The notes beneath the pieces were generated by a model. The model was not told where the DNA came from. It did no database searches and was given only the letters and a program-made list of their open reading frames with translations. A DNA stretch of 29,059 nucleotides from a virus. Lineage: Duplodnaviria > Caudoviricetes. The stretch lies in the IMG/VR virus record IMGVR_UViG_3300030372_001671, positions 1 to 29,059 of that record; one strand, written 5' to 3'. Numbering within the stretch: the stretch's first letter is position 1; the number at the start of each line of letters is the position of its first letter. The translations under genes and the position numbers were made by a program. Positions 8,582 to 18,138 of the stretch are shown here, in pieces.

Positions 8582-8887
8582 TTATATCATCTTTTTTATT
8601 CTTTGTCTAACATATTTTAAATCTGGTGAATGAATAACTTTATATGCAAAACTTCTTGTGTATGTAGGACTTAATCCTGCATGGTCACATATCTGTTCAA
8701 AGTTATCACATGTAACACCAACACTACAAAAGAACCATGCTATTGCTCTATCTTTATTTACCTTACTCTTATTATTAGTAGCATCTAATAATGCTTGTAA
8801 GATAACAGACAAAAATAAACCTCGTTCAGGAGCTTCATGTTTCTTTTGCTCTACATCTATAAATATATCAATTTTCTTTTTCATCAT
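8582..8887 (-). CDS. Hypothetical phage protein
   Basis: ORF track; ERGLFLSVILQALLDA..AIAWFF..FEQICDHAGL pattern; packed between neighbours. Confidence 0.8.
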   Translation of the reverse strand: MMKKKIDIFIDVEQKKHEAPERGLFLSVILQALLDATNNKSKVNKDRAIAWFFCSVGVTCDNFEQICDHAGLSPTYTRSFAYKVIHSPDLKYVRQRIKKMI

Positions 8888-9089
8888 TTACTATTGTATG
8901 TAACATTTCTATAGCATCTTTTGCTTCAGATGCTTTATGCACTAGACCTATTACATCTTCTACAATCTTAGGATGTTCACCTACACCCACAGGATTATTG
9001 ATATGTATTTTAATATTTGCTAATGCTTTGTCTCTTTCTGCTGTATAATGAGACATAACTGCTTCTAATATATATGCTTTTGCTACCAT
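8868..9089 (-). CDS. Hypothetical phage protein
   Basis: ORF track; AAGGA SD; NPVGVGEHP motif. Confidence 0.8.
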   Translation of the reverse strand: MVAKAYILEAVMSHYTAERDKALANIKIHINNPVGVGEHPKIVEDVIGLVHKASEAKDAIEMLHTIVNDEKEN

Positions 9090-9099
9090 TTTATTTCCT

Positions 9100-9963
9100 T
9101 TACCAATCTATTATTTCTTGAACCCTAGGTTCTTTATAAACTTGTGTAAGATATGTTGTGCCTTTTTCATACTTAAAAGCACGAAGTCCTTGACCATTGT
9201 TAGCATCAGACCAACACTCTCTTTTATGAGCACAAAAAACACAACCAATAGCAAGCTTCCTATTCCCAGAAATACCTTCAGGAATATCACTATAACATCT
9301 ATCAGGAACTCTTTTACTTTCCAATGCACCTTTAAGATATTTAATTCTTTCTTTTGCATCTATCATCTCCAAATCATGTACTCTTGTTAAGGCAATATTA
9401 CCATGCTGTTTATCTATAGCTAAGAAACATGCTTCTTTAACATTATTACCTGCAGAGTATGCAGATATTTGTGCTATATATCCAAAGGGGTCATCATCAG
9501 CTAGTCTATTATTAGCAAATTTTTTAAATGCATAACCACTAGCACTCTTACAATCTACTAATACATTATCTATCTTACAATCTTGATGTCCTTTAATACC
9601 TTCTACATCTACTTGCTTTTGTTCTTCTGTAACTGTATGACCAGATGCTCTAGACAATAGTATAAGTAAGTCTTCAAGTATGTGACCATATAAAAATTTA
9701 ATTCTAGTAGCAGAAGATATAGGTCTTGCTTCTGAACTAGAATGTTTATCATACCATAACTGTCTAGTAGGTTTACCTATAGCTGATAAAGATAATTTTC
9801 TTTGCTTTCTAGGTTGTTCATTTAAAACAGTCTTTATATTATTAGTTACATTCTTTGTAAATTCTTTTAGATGTTTATCTAATTCTTTTTCATCTATAGT
9901 ATTTGTAACCATAGGGTCAAATAAATTATATATATCTTCTACTAATGTGTCTATTGTTTTCAT
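9100..9963 (-). CDS. Cas4-like PD-(D/E)XK exonuclease
   Basis: LSAIGKPTRQLWY, GHQDC..LVDCKSAS, YIAQISAY, CVFCAHKREC. Start at MKTID preferred over 9984. Confidence 0.85.
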   Translation of the reverse strand: MKTIDTLVEDIYNLFDPMVTNTIDEKELDKHLKEFTKNVTNNIKTVLNEQPRKQRKLSLSAIGKPTRQLWYDKHSSSEARPISSATRIKFLYGHILEDLLILLSRASGHTVTEEQKQVDVEGIKGHQDCKIDNVLVDCKSASGYAFKKFANNRLADDDPFGYIAQISAYSAGNNVKEACFLAIDKQHGNIALTRVHDLEMIDAKERIKYLKGALESKRVPDRCYSDIPEGISGNRKLAIGCVFCAHKRECWSDANNGQGLRAFKYEKGTTYLTQVYKEPRVQEIIDW

Positions 9964-10017
9964 ATCTAATGTAGTGCCCTGCAATAATACAAGGCACTAC
10001 CCTTTCTATGTTAAAGA

Positions 10018-10497
10018 TTAACTAGCAAAAGAAACTTCTTCGTCAGCTTCTTTAGATACAAAACCATCTTCAACTACACCAAATGCTTCTTCAGCATCTG
10101 CATCAGTATTGTATGGTACTAAGTTTGTTACTTGTATTGCTCTTAAATCAGCAGATACACCAGACTTACCACCAAACTCCCACTCATATGTAGAGTATAA
10201 TACATTAACTTCAGAACCATTACCAATTAATGTACCAATCATTGCTCTCTTCTGAGCATCTACAACTTCAGGAGCCTTATTTAAGTTACCATCTTTTCTT
10301 CTTACTTTTCTTTTGATAGTAACAAAGTCACCTCTGTCATCATTCTTATTCTTCACAGAGATTCCATCAGCTTGAGCAATCTTTTTATTCTTCTCGTCAA
10401 GATTACCAACATCAATAGTCCACACACCATCTGAATCAAATGTTGTATTTGGACTTGTTATACTTGCCCAATGGGCATTACCTTTTATTACACTCAT
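10018..10497 (-). CDS. ssb: Single-stranded DNA-binding protein (T7 gp2.5 / DUF2815-like)
   Basis: MSVIKGNAHWAS..PEVVDA..IGNGSEVNV..DLRAIQVTNLVPY with an acidic tail; own SD (AAGGA) and promoter; in frame with the upstream gene. Confidence 0.85.
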   Translation of the reverse strand: MSVIKGNAHWASITSPNTTFDSDGVWTIDVGNLDEKNKKIAQADGISVKNKNDDRGDFVTIKRKVRRKDGNLNKAPEVVDAQKRAMIGTLIGNGSEVNVLYSTYEWEFGGKSGVSADLRAIQVTNLVPYNTDADAEEAFGVVEDGFVSKEADEEVSFAS

Positions 10498-11088
10498 ATT
10501 ATTATCCTTTATTGTTGTTAAAATAGAATTATCACATATTCTAGTAGAAAAGTCAAGACTTTTTTTCCAATTAAATGTACTTTTTAATTGTAATACTTTT
10601 GACATTTCTATTCTAGATATTAAATCTTTTTTGTTTTGGTAACTCCTACCCCAAACTTTATAGTTTGCTTCACGAAAATACTTAACCTTATCAGTTAAGT
10701 CTACAACTTCATGACACAACTCTCTTAACTCTTCAGAGTTAGCAAAAACATATTCATCTTCTTGTTCAAAAACAAAGTAATCACATTTGCCATATAACCA
10801 ACCTGCATTACCCATGGTATTTTTGAACTCCACTACAGTCCATAAGTCATCAAAACCTTTTGACTTATCTGTTCCTGTTCTTCTTGCTTTTATATCTACT
10901 GTAAATGTTTCATCCCCTTTCATTAAAATTAAATCAATATGGTCAGACATGTTCTGAGAATCAGAAGCAACCTTAACTTCATAACCTAATTTAATTGCTT
11001 CATCTATAAATAAATTCTCTGTTCTTATACCACGTTTAATATAATCTTTGTGGTCATGTCTTCCCTTAAACTCTTTAACTGTTACCAT
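10498..11088 (-). CDS. PD-(D/E)XK nuclease-like domain reading in frame into ssb
   Basis: E..F, HIDL, TVDIKA, VEFKN..GWLYG motifs; no stop before the ssb ATG. Confidence 0.65.
10528..10556 (-). promoter_or_regulatory. Internal sigma70 promoter for ssb
   Basis: TTGACT-17 nt-GATAAT with extended -10 TG. Confidence 0.75.
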
Positions 11089-11524
11089 TATATTTCTCCA
11101 AATAGTTTACTGCTCTTTTTAAAAAATCTATGTTATCATCAAACCAACCTAAAGCTGAATTACATTTATTACATAACCAACCTCTAGCTTTTCCTGTGTC
11201 ATGGTCATGGTCTAAACACCATTGATTATTTCTTTGCTTGTTTTCTTCAGCACTTGTCAAACAAATAGGACATCTATAATCTTTAGGTGGAGGAGGAGTA
11301 ACTAATCTTAATTGTCTTGTTTGTCTATTCCTCTCATTAGCACAAGATTTACAAACTCTTTCAGTAGAAGGTAATCCTGTAGTCTTTTGATTATAACCAT
11401 AACTTTGAAAGGCATCTAATGGTTTAGTCTTATTACATTTAACACATGTCTTTAATGGTTTGCTTGTATCAATAGATTCACAATCATTAAACAATTCTTT
11501 TTGTACTAATGAGTCTCTGCCCAT
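11075..11524 (-). CDS. Recombination endonuclease VII family (His-Me) nuclease with N-terminal CxxC motifs
   Basis: CVKC, CKSC, CPIC, LDHDHDTGKARGWLCNKCNSALG. Confidence 0.85.
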   Translation of the reverse strand: MGRDSLVQKELFNDCESIDTSKPLKTCVKCNKTKPLDAFQSYGYNQKTTGLPSTERVCKSCANERNRQTRQLRLVTPPPPKDYRCPICLTSAEENKQRNNQWCLDHDHDTGKARGWLCNKCNSALGWFDDNIDFLKRAVNYLEKYNGNS

Positions 11525-13140
11525 GTCGTGCCTTCCTTCCATTCACTATCTAATGGACACTTCATCTTCAACTGATGCTCTGTATCTTTCATAGCATCTT
11601 TGGTAATACTACCAAATCTTTTTACATCTTTCTTTGCAACTTCATATTGGTATTCATCATGTATAGATGCAACTAACTTAGCATCAACACCTGTTTGTAC
11701 TATTCTTTTATTCATGTTTATTAACCACAACTTACATACAACAGCACCTGCTCCTTGCAGTAATGTATTTAATGCACTATGTGGAGAACGTACATGTAAT
11801 AGTCTACCATCAATACCTTTTATCTTACCTCTCTTAGCTGTTTCAGTTACACTATCCCTAACTCTTTTAAGAGCAGGCATGTTAGAAAGAAACCTATCTA
11901 TTAATATCTGTCCTTCTTTAGCACCTGCACCTACTATCTTACCTATCTTAGATGCACCTGCACCATACATAAAAGCATATATAAATGTTTTAGCTTGGTC
12001 TCTATCTGTTAAACCTGCCATCTTCATATTAGCTGTATGTATGTCTCCATTTAATACTTCTTCAGTAAAGTTTTTATCATCCATAAGATGTGCTAAACAT
12101 CTAAGTTCTAAACCACTAGCATCAGTACCAACAATGGAGTGAGTATAGGGATTGTCAACAGTCCAACATTCCCTACACTCTTTACCATATGGAGAACGAA
12201 CAGCAGGAATCTGAGCCATGTTAGGACTGTTATGTGCCATACGACCTGTTACAGTACGTAATGTCATAACTCTACCATGTACTCTACCATCCTTATCATT
12301 ACACGATTCAATCCAAGATTTAATCTGTGCAATTCTTTTTTGTAATAACAAATACCTAGCAAACTTCTTTGCTTCTTCTAAGTCTATGCTATTCAAAACT
12401 TCTTCATTAACAATTACATTACCTTTATCAGTATGCTTCTTAGGTTTCCAACCTAGTTCTTGTAATCTATCAGCTATCTGTTGTCGTGAACCTATATTAA
12501 AAGGTATGTATTTTGTTTTTGTTTTTAAGTCTTTTCTTGTAGGGTCAAAGTGTATCTTACCCCACTTTTCTAACTCACTTGCTTCATCTCTCAATGTATT
12601 ATATAAAGACATAGCTTTACGAACATCTAATGCAAAACCATTTCTTTCTTGTTGGTCAATTATAACTCTTACTTGATGTTCTAAATCAATAGAAGACCTA
12701 GAAAAACCTTTGCCTTCTTTCTTTAAATGTTCATATAACTTATGTGTTATATTTACATCTTGCATACAATATCTTTTTAATTCTTCTGTATATTGACCAA
12801 AGGATTTTATATCTCCTTTAGGAAAATTAAATCTATCTCCCCATGCTCTTAGTCCATGACCACCATCACGTAATGGATTAAATAACTGTGATAATATTAA
12901 TGTATCTAATACTTGTGAAGGTTTAATATTTGTACCTAACAATCTATTTAATACAGGAGCATCAAAAGATAAACCATTATGCATAATATATTGTTTAATA
13001 TCTTTAGACCAGTCTTTAAATACATGCATATTACTTGGGTCAAATACTGTAGACACATTTGTTTCAATATTTTTAGCAACAATACAATTAATTACTTTAG
13101 CATTTATCTGGTCTGTTTCTATATCAAGAACAACTTTCAC
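11506..13140 (-). CDS. polA: Family A DNA polymerase with 3'-5' exonuclease (Tyr762 type)
   Basis: LDIET, HNGLSFD, YCMQD, TGRMAH..PNMAQ, DASGLELR, AKTFIYAFMYG, SIHDE. GTG start at 13140 after AGGAGG. Confidence 0.96.
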   Translation of the reverse strand: MKVVLDIETDQINAKVINCIVAKNIETNVSTVFDPSNMHVFKDWSKDIKQYIMHNGLSFDAPVLNRLLGTNIKPSQVLDTLILSQLFNPLRDGGHGLRAWGDRFNFPKGDIKSFGQYTEELKRYCMQDVNITHKLYEHLKKEGKGFSRSSIDLEHQVRVIIDQQERNGFALDVRKAMSLYNTLRDEASELEKWGKIHFDPTRKDLKTKTKYIPFNIGSRQQIADRLQELGWKPKKHTDKGNVIVNEEVLNSIDLEEAKKFARYLLLQKRIAQIKSWIESCNDKDGRVHGRVMTLRTVTGRMAHNSPNMAQIPAVRSPYGKECRECWTVDNPYTHSIVGTDASGLELRCLAHLMDDKNFTEEVLNGDIHTANMKMAGLTDRDQAKTFIYAFMYGAGASKIGKIVGAGAKEGQILIDRFLSNMPALKRVRDSVTETAKRGKIKGIDGRLLHVRSPHSALNTLLQGAGAVVCKLWLINMNKRIVQTGVDAKLVASIHDEYQYEVAKKDVKRFGSITKDAMKDTEHQLKMKCPLDSEWKEGTTWAETH

Positions 13141-13444
13141 AATCTTCTTCCTCCTTCCCACACCAATTACAAGGTTCACCTTTACCTACTGCCATCATAC
13201 TATGTTCTTCATGGCAATAGTGTTCCCACATTTCAGGCTCTTCTTCGTTTTTATCTAACCATTCTTTATAACCTTCTATCCAAATTTGCTTATCATCTGT
13301 TTCATTTTTTGGTAAGTATACCATATGAAAAGCACCACAGTTAGGACAGGATAAATTTGTTTCCATACAATAGTCCTCATCTTCATGGGCAATGTCATGG
13401 TCTCCTCCCCATATTAACTCTGTATCACAATGCCAACACTTCAT
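13124..13444 (-). CDS. Cys/His-rich acidic protein, probably Zn-binding
   Basis: CWHC, CPNC, CNWC, CESC; coupled to the helicase stop (TAATG). Confidence 0.7.
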   Translation of the reverse strand: MKCWHCDTELIWGGDHDIAHEDEDYCMETNLSCPNCGAFHMVYLPKNETDDKQIWIEGYKEWLDKNEEEPEMWEHYCHEEHSMMAVGKGEPCNWCGKEEEDCESCS

Positions 13445-15087
13445 TAGAATGGTACCTCCTCATTATTCTCTGCATTATAATCTACTTCATAAGGATTGTT
13501 AATCTCTTTCATACGACCTGTCTCTTTATTATAATGTAGATGTGTGGCTATACCTGTTTCTCCTGTATACCTGTTCTTTAAAATACGAATCGTAGTAGTG
13601 TTAGATTTAACTTCATCATCATCTTGTTGGTTTCTTTCTAATCCAATTACACCATCACTTAAATGAGCAATAGATGCTGAACCTCTAAGATGTGATAGAG
13701 TAATCTCTTTACCATTCTCATGTCCTGCATCACCTGCAGGTCTTCTTAAATGAGATACTAATAACATACCAATACCTGTTTGCTCTACAAGAGAACGCAT
13801 CTTAGTCATTAATACATCAATAGACTTTCTTTCATCTCCATCTTCCTGACCTGATACAAGTATAGATAAGTGGTCAACAAATATCCATTTACATTCTAAT
13901 GCTTGTGCCATGTATCTAACTCTAGATAGTATCTCGTCATTATCAATAGAACCAAAATGGTCAAAGGCAAAGAACCTACCAGAGCCAACTGTATTCTTTT
14001 GATACTCTTGTAATTGCTTTCTACTAAAACAATTATCTCTAATCTCTTTGATATATAATCTAGCATTAGCTTCTACTGACATAATATTAAATGCAGTATT
14101 TTTAATACTCTCTTCTAATGCAAGTATACCTATGTTATGATTTGTATTTTTGAGTAAATGATGCATGAGTTCTCTCATAATAGAAGACTTACCCATACCT
14201 GCACCAGATGTAAATGTAATCAACTCTCCTGTTCTCATACCATAAGTCTTTTCATTCATCTTACTCCAAGGATAAGGTACTGTTTCACAATACTCTTCTG
14301 TGTATAAAGCATCTCCTAAATCTCTAAGATTAGTAATACCTGCAGGAGTAAAAGGCTCTGCGTTCCACCATGCTTGAGAAAACTTTTCTCTCTTACCCAT
14401 TTTTAGATACTCATTAGCATCTTTAAATTCCATGTTCATTATCTTACATTTGTTAGGACTAAACAACTGTGCTACTTTTTCACTAGCTTCTCTACCTTGC
14501 TTATCCATATCAAATGATATGACTATATTTTGAAAGCTATCTAAGTATTCAAATGCTTTTCTACAATCACGTACAGCAGACCCTGCACCTGTCTTAATAG
14601 AAACACATGCCCACTTGCTACCTAATAATTCATAGGCAGACATAGCATCTACTTCACCTTCAGTAATGGTTACATACTTACCACCACCTGTAAATAAATC
14701 TTGTCCAAACAATACTGCATTAGTTACATTTCCTTCTACCCACATATTTTTTGTGGCTACATCTCTAACCTTATTACCAATATTGTTTCCACCACTATCA
14801 AAGTATTTATATATATGATGTGTATTCATATTACCATTTACTTTAACTTGTGTGTGATATTTTTGTGCAGTTTCCTTACTAATATTTCTTTCAGTCAACG
14901 CACCTGTTACACCTACAGTTTTTATATTACTTTCAGTAGGTATAGGTACTACCTTTTCATGTTCCATATGCTCTCCAAATCTAGTGTTACAGGAAAAACA
15001 AAAACTATACCCTTCTGCATGATTGACGTTGCCATCACTTGACCCACACTTAGGACAAGCACCCCTATCTAGCCATGTTTTATCCAT
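13444..15087 (-). CDS. T7 gp4-like primase-helicase
   Basis: Zn finger CPKC..CFSC, TOPRIM ITEGEVD / FDMD, Walker A SGAGMGKS, FVDHL, LVSHL, LRGS, KNRYTG. Confidence 0.96.
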   Translation of the reverse strand: MDKTWLDRGACPKCGSSDGNVNHAEGYSFCFSCNTRFGEHMEHEKVVPIPTESNIKTVGVTGALTERNISKETAQKYHTQVKVNGNMNTHHIYKYFDSGGNNIGNKVRDVATKNMWVEGNVTNAVLFGQDLFTGGGKYVTITEGEVDAMSAYELLGSKWACVSIKTGAGSAVRDCRKAFEYLDSFQNIVISFDMDKQGREASEKVAQLFSPNKCKIMNMEFKDANEYLKMGKREKFSQAWWNAEPFTPAGITNLRDLGDALYTEEYCETVPYPWSKMNEKTYGMRTGELITFTSGAGMGKSSIMRELMHHLLKNTNHNIGILALEESIKNTAFNIMSVEANARLYIKEIRDNCFSRKQLQEYQKNTVGSGRFFAFDHFGSIDNDEILSRVRYMAQALECKWIFVDHLSILVSGQEDGDERKSIDVLMTKMRSLVEQTGIGMLLVSHLRRPAGDAGHENGKEITLSHLRGSASIAHLSDGVIGLERNQQDDDEVKSNTTTIRILKNRYTGETGIATHLHYNKETGRMKEINNPYEVDYNAENNEEVPF

Positions 15088-15109
15088 ATTAATCCCCATT
15101 AAAAATTTT

Positions 15110-15138
15110 ATTATATACTATTATATATTGTTAGTCAA
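15110..15138 (-). promoter_or_regulatory. sigma70 promoter for the replication operon
   Basis: TTGACT-17 nt-TATAAT. Confidence 0.8.
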
Positions 15139-15310
15139 TATCAAAAGAACTATCATATATTTTATTATAAGCATCTATCTCAACTTCTTTTGTTTCATGT
15201 ATATCTCTTTTGGCTAATTCCATAGCTTCAAAAGATTCATAACCTTCCTCAAGGTACTCATAATATCTTTCTTTAATTAGTTCTTTTATTTCTTTTTCTA
15301 ATAAATTCAT
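15131..15310 (-). CDS. Small acidic hypothetical protein
   Basis: MNLLEKEIKEL.. start preferred (GAGAG upstream) over 15391. Confidence 0.7.
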   Translation of the reverse strand: MNLLEKEIKELIKERYYEYLEEGYESFEAMELAKRDIHETKEVEIDAYNKIYDSSFDID

Positions 15311-15454
15311 CTTATTCTCTCTTGTTATAATGTAAGTAAATAAAATATAAAACTTACAGTTAAAAGTATAGGAAACAAATGGTTTACCCATAATATTTTC
15401 TTATGACTTTTTTTAAACCATTTTCCTGTGGCTTTTAATCTTCTTTCTCTATCT

Positions 15455-15652
15455 TTATTCATCTTTAATATGTCCTGCATCTGGATTTTCTACTACTAAA
15501 TCATATCCAAAATCACTTTGCACTCTTTTAAATTGTTTGAGTTCTGTTTTTAGCACACTAACTTCTGATACTAACTCTTTAACTCTAACTCTTAATCCAT
15601 GCACTTCTTTTTCTTTTTCTGCTAAAGATTTTTCATATATATTTTCAGTCAT
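15455..15652 (-). CDS. Hypothetical coiled-coil protein
   Basis: ORF track; ATGA overlap with the upstream gene. Confidence 0.7.
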   Translation of the reverse strand: MTENIYEKSLAEKEKEVHGLRVRVKELVSEVSVLKTELKQFKRVQSDFGYDLVVENPDAGHIKDE

Positions 15653-15840
15653 TGTACACTCATAATTTCTATATTGTCATCTATCAATGCTTGTATTTGT
15701 ATATTTCTTTCATCATATAAATTTTGTAAAAACTTTTTAGCATCTGTTTTATTTTTAAAATACATAACTTTACCATCATCTTCTTCTAATATATCTGGTA
15801 ACTCTACTTGATTAGGATATGGCATAGCTATTACATACAT
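15649..15840 (-). CDS. Hypothetical protein
   Basis: MYVIAMP.. start lies just downstream of the promoter at 15850-15878 (nearly leaderless). Confidence 0.65.
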   Translation of the reverse strand: MYVIAMPYPNQVELPDILEEDDGKVMYFKNKTDAKKFLQNLYDERNIQIQALIDDNIEIMSVQ

Positions 15841-15849
15841 ATTATTTTT

Positions 15850-15878
15850 ATTATACATTACATTTTTCATATAGTCAA
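15850..15878 (-). promoter_or_regulatory. sigma70 promoter
   Basis: TTGACT-17 nt-TATAAT. Confidence 0.75.
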
Positions 15879-15950
15879 TACCCAATGTAAGGCACAATAA
15901 AACATAGAAAATACCACCCTAAAATACCTGCAAGTATTTGCATCATTTCT

Positions 15951-16127
15951 TTATTTATATTTATCATTCTTAATACTCCTTTCAACTTTTTTGTATAAAC
16001 TGTTGTTATATTTGTGTAATTTATAATTAACTTTATTATCTTTTAGCATATCAAACAACCTATCTAGCACATCTTTTTTAGAAGGTCGTCTATTAAAATC
16101 TAATTCTATTTCTACTTTGTACTTCAT
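15951..16127 (-). CDS. 58-aa hypothetical protein
   Basis: MKYKVEIELDFNRRPSKKDVLDRLFDMLKD..*; ATGA overlap; below the ORF-track cutoff. Confidence 0.6.
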   Translation of the reverse strand: MKYKVEIELDFNRRPSKKDVLDRLFDMLKDNKVNYKLHKYNNSLYKKVERSIKNDKYK

Positions 16128-16291
16128 ATCTTAATCTCTTGTATATTTATGTCTAAATAATCTGCAAGTAAATATCTTATCTCTGTGTAGCAATCATCAC
16201 ATAATAAAAGATTACATGCTCTATTCTCCATATCTTCTGGGTATGCTTTATTAGAGCAATCTTCTTTTTGACATTTAATTTTTTTACTCAT
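16124..16291 (-). CDS. Small Cys-rich hypothetical protein
   Basis: MSKKIKCQKEDC...LLCDDC; GGAG upstream. Confidence 0.65.
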   Translation of the reverse strand: MSKKIKCQKEDCSNKAYPEDMENRACNLLLCDDCYTEIRYLLADYLDINIQEIKI

Positions 16292-16610
16292 CTTTATTCT
16301 CTTTCTCCCCAGAGATAGCACCTATCTTTCCTTTGAAAGGTATAACTTTTGCACTAGGTCTAGTATCAATAGGCATATCTGAATCAAAAGATACCTCTGG
16401 TGGAAACATAAAATCTTCTAGTTCATTAAACCCACCTATGTGTAGAAAGATTTGTGGCACAGTCTTATGTCCTGCTTCTCTAAATCTTTTTATCTTAGGT
16501 AAGTTATCTAGCACTCTCTCTTCGTATACTTCTCCTGCTTCATCTAGTAATGCCTTTGCTTTGGCACAATACTCACAGTTCTTTTGTGTGTATATAATAT
16601 ATTTAATCAT
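16284..16610 (-). CDS. grx: Glutaredoxin
   Basis: YTQKNCEYCAKAK..TVPQIF..IGGF. Confidence 0.9.
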   Translation of the reverse strand: MIKYIIYTQKNCEYCAKAKALLDEAGEVYEERVLDNLPKIKRFREAGHKTVPQIFLHIGGFNELEDFMFPPEVSFDSDMPIDTRPSAKVIPFKGKIGAISGEKENKDE

Positions 16611-16848
16611 CTGCTAAGTCCTCCTCTCCTTCTTCCATTTGATATTGTGCATCATCTCCAAACTCAGTACCTTCAAAGGTAGCTTTACCTTCATTACATG
16701 TAAAGGTTTCTCCTTCTGTCTGCTCTACTGACCAAGCTAAATCTTGCATCTCAGCTTGAGTAAGTTTAGTATTAGATTCTACCTTGTAGTATCTAGTATC
16801 TACTGTCTGCTCACTAAATCTATATGTGTATTTATATTCACTCATCAT
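16603..16848 (-). CDS. Small acidic early protein
   Basis: ORF track; GAGGAGG SD. Confidence 0.75.
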   Translation of the reverse strand: MMSEYKYTYRFSEQTVDTRYYKVESNTKLTQAEMQDLAWSVEQTEGETFTCNEGKATFEGTEFGDDAQYQMEEGEEDLADD

Positions 16849-17140
16849 CTTCCTCCTCTACTTTGCTAGGGTCAAATGCTTTTGGGTCTGTATGACATAC
16901 ATAATCACTATGCCAAAACTGTTGGTACTTACCTTTGTCTGCTCCATAGTCGTGTATACCACCTTCTTTCTTTAGGTCATAGTGACTAATAGCTTCTTGA
17001 AAAGCATCTTGTAATCTTATTATATCTCCTATATTTATATACTCCCAAGCACCTTCGTTGATTGTATCATCTATCTTCTTGAGTTTATTAATTAAGTTTA
17101 ATGTTACTGTATTTATTGTTGGTTTAGCTTTTGTTGTCAT
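16838..17140 (-). CDS. Hypothetical early protein
   Basis: ORF track; GAGGAG SD. Confidence 0.75.
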   Translation of the reverse strand: MTTKAKPTINTVTLNLINKLKKIDDTINEGAWEYINIGDIIRLQDAFQEAISHYDLKKEGGIHDYGADKGKYQQFWHSDYVCHTDPKAFDPSKVEEEDDE

Positions 17141-17309
17141 AAAATTTCTCCTCTATCTTTTTTAAGTTATAAACATATGAAAGTATATCTTCGTGAGTAT
17201 ATCTTTCAGTAGCATCTATACCTACTAATGCTTCACATAGTTCTTCATACTTTTCTAGCTTATCAGTTATGTCTGAGTTTACTGCACCTTCAAAAAAATT
17301 ATCTGCCAT
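17124..17309 (-). CDS. Hypothetical early protein
   Basis: ORF track; TAATG coupling; GGAGG SD. Confidence 0.75.
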   Translation of the reverse strand: MADNFFEGAVNSDITDKLEKYEELCEALVGIDATERYTHEDILSYVYNLKKIEEKFYDNKS

Positions 17310-17545
17310 TAGTCTTCCTCCACTTCTATTCCTAGTTCATCTCCATAATCATACTTGTCCATTTCTTCTATGTCACTAATATAAAACTCTTCGTGTACTT
17401 GGTCAAACGTATCTGGAGTTTGTAATGCTTCCATGCGTCTACGTACTTCTCCTGCATCTACATTATCTGGGTACTCTACATATCTTTTATAGTGTATAAT
17501 TGTTTGTCCTCTTACTTCGTAATATCTTTTCTTTTGTTTAGCCAT
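17309..17545 (-). CDS. Small early protein with acidic tail
   Basis: MAKQKKR.. start after AAGGA preferred over 17575. Confidence 0.7.
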   Translation of the reverse strand: MAKQKKRYYEVRGQTIIHYKRYVEYPDNVDAGEVRRRMEALQTPDTFDQVHEEFYISDIEEMDKYDYGDELGIEVEED

Positions 17546-17705
17546 CTTGCATATCCTTTGTTTCATATTTAACAAACTTTAATTTCATTCTATCATCAGG
17601 ATTAGGAAAGTCAAGTCCAAAATGTTCCCATATATCTTGGCACTCATCTCCATAGATGTATACCCAAGTATTTCTTTTAGGTTTCTTTTTATATATTTTA
17701 CTCAT
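17538..17705 (-). CDS. 55-aa hypothetical protein
   Basis: MSKIYKKKPKRNTWVYIYGDECQDIWEHFGLDFPNPDD..*; AGGAG SD; not in the ORF track. Confidence 0.65.
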   Translation of the reverse strand: MSKIYKKKPKRNTWVYIYGDECQDIWEHFGLDFPNPDDRMKLKFVKYETKDMQDG

Positions 17706-17887
17706 AGTTTTTTCTCCTGTAAAATTCCTAATGCTGAGTAAGTGTACTGTATATTTTCTTTCTTGTCAACATATACAATATTATTTCTATCTTTATAGAT
17801 GAGTTTCATATCACAACCTAGCATATTCCATAGTCCTTGATGCAGTTCCCAATGTTCTTTAAGTGTTAGATTATGTCTTTGTTCCAT
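17702..17887 (-). CDS. Hypothetical early protein
   Basis: ORF track; overlaps both neighbours by short junctions. Confidence 0.7.
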   Translation of the reverse strand: MEQRHNLTLKEHWELHQGLWNMLGCDMKLIYKDRNNIVYVDKKENIQYTYSALGILQEKKL

Positions 17888-18138
17888 ATAACTCTTCCTT
17901 CATTGATTAGTTTCATTACTTCTTCTTTGGTAGCAGAAGACTTATGCACTTTCCAATTACCTTTCTCATTAGGTAATGTTTCTACAACAAAGTCCCCACT
18001 TGTATTGTGTCTAAATATAGACATATATATTTCCTCTACAATATCTACATATTCTTTTTGAGTATACTTGGATACATCTATATCTTGCACAAGTGTAGCA
18101 AAGTGTTGTACGTTTACTTGTTTAAATCTTTTACTCAT
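17866..18138 (-). CDS. Hypothetical early protein
   Basis: ORF track; GGAG SD. Confidence 0.75.
   Translation of the reverse strand: MSKRFKQVNVQHFATLVQDIDVSKYTQKEYVDIVEEIYMSIFRHNTSGDFVVETLPNEKGNWKVHKSSATKEEVMKLINEGRVIWNKDII

Noticed and set aside
11075-11524. Endonuclease VII gene as an intron-encoded homing element
   Set aside because: polA is uninterrupted and no intron structure is visible; a free-standing homing role cannot be told from a resolvase role by eye.
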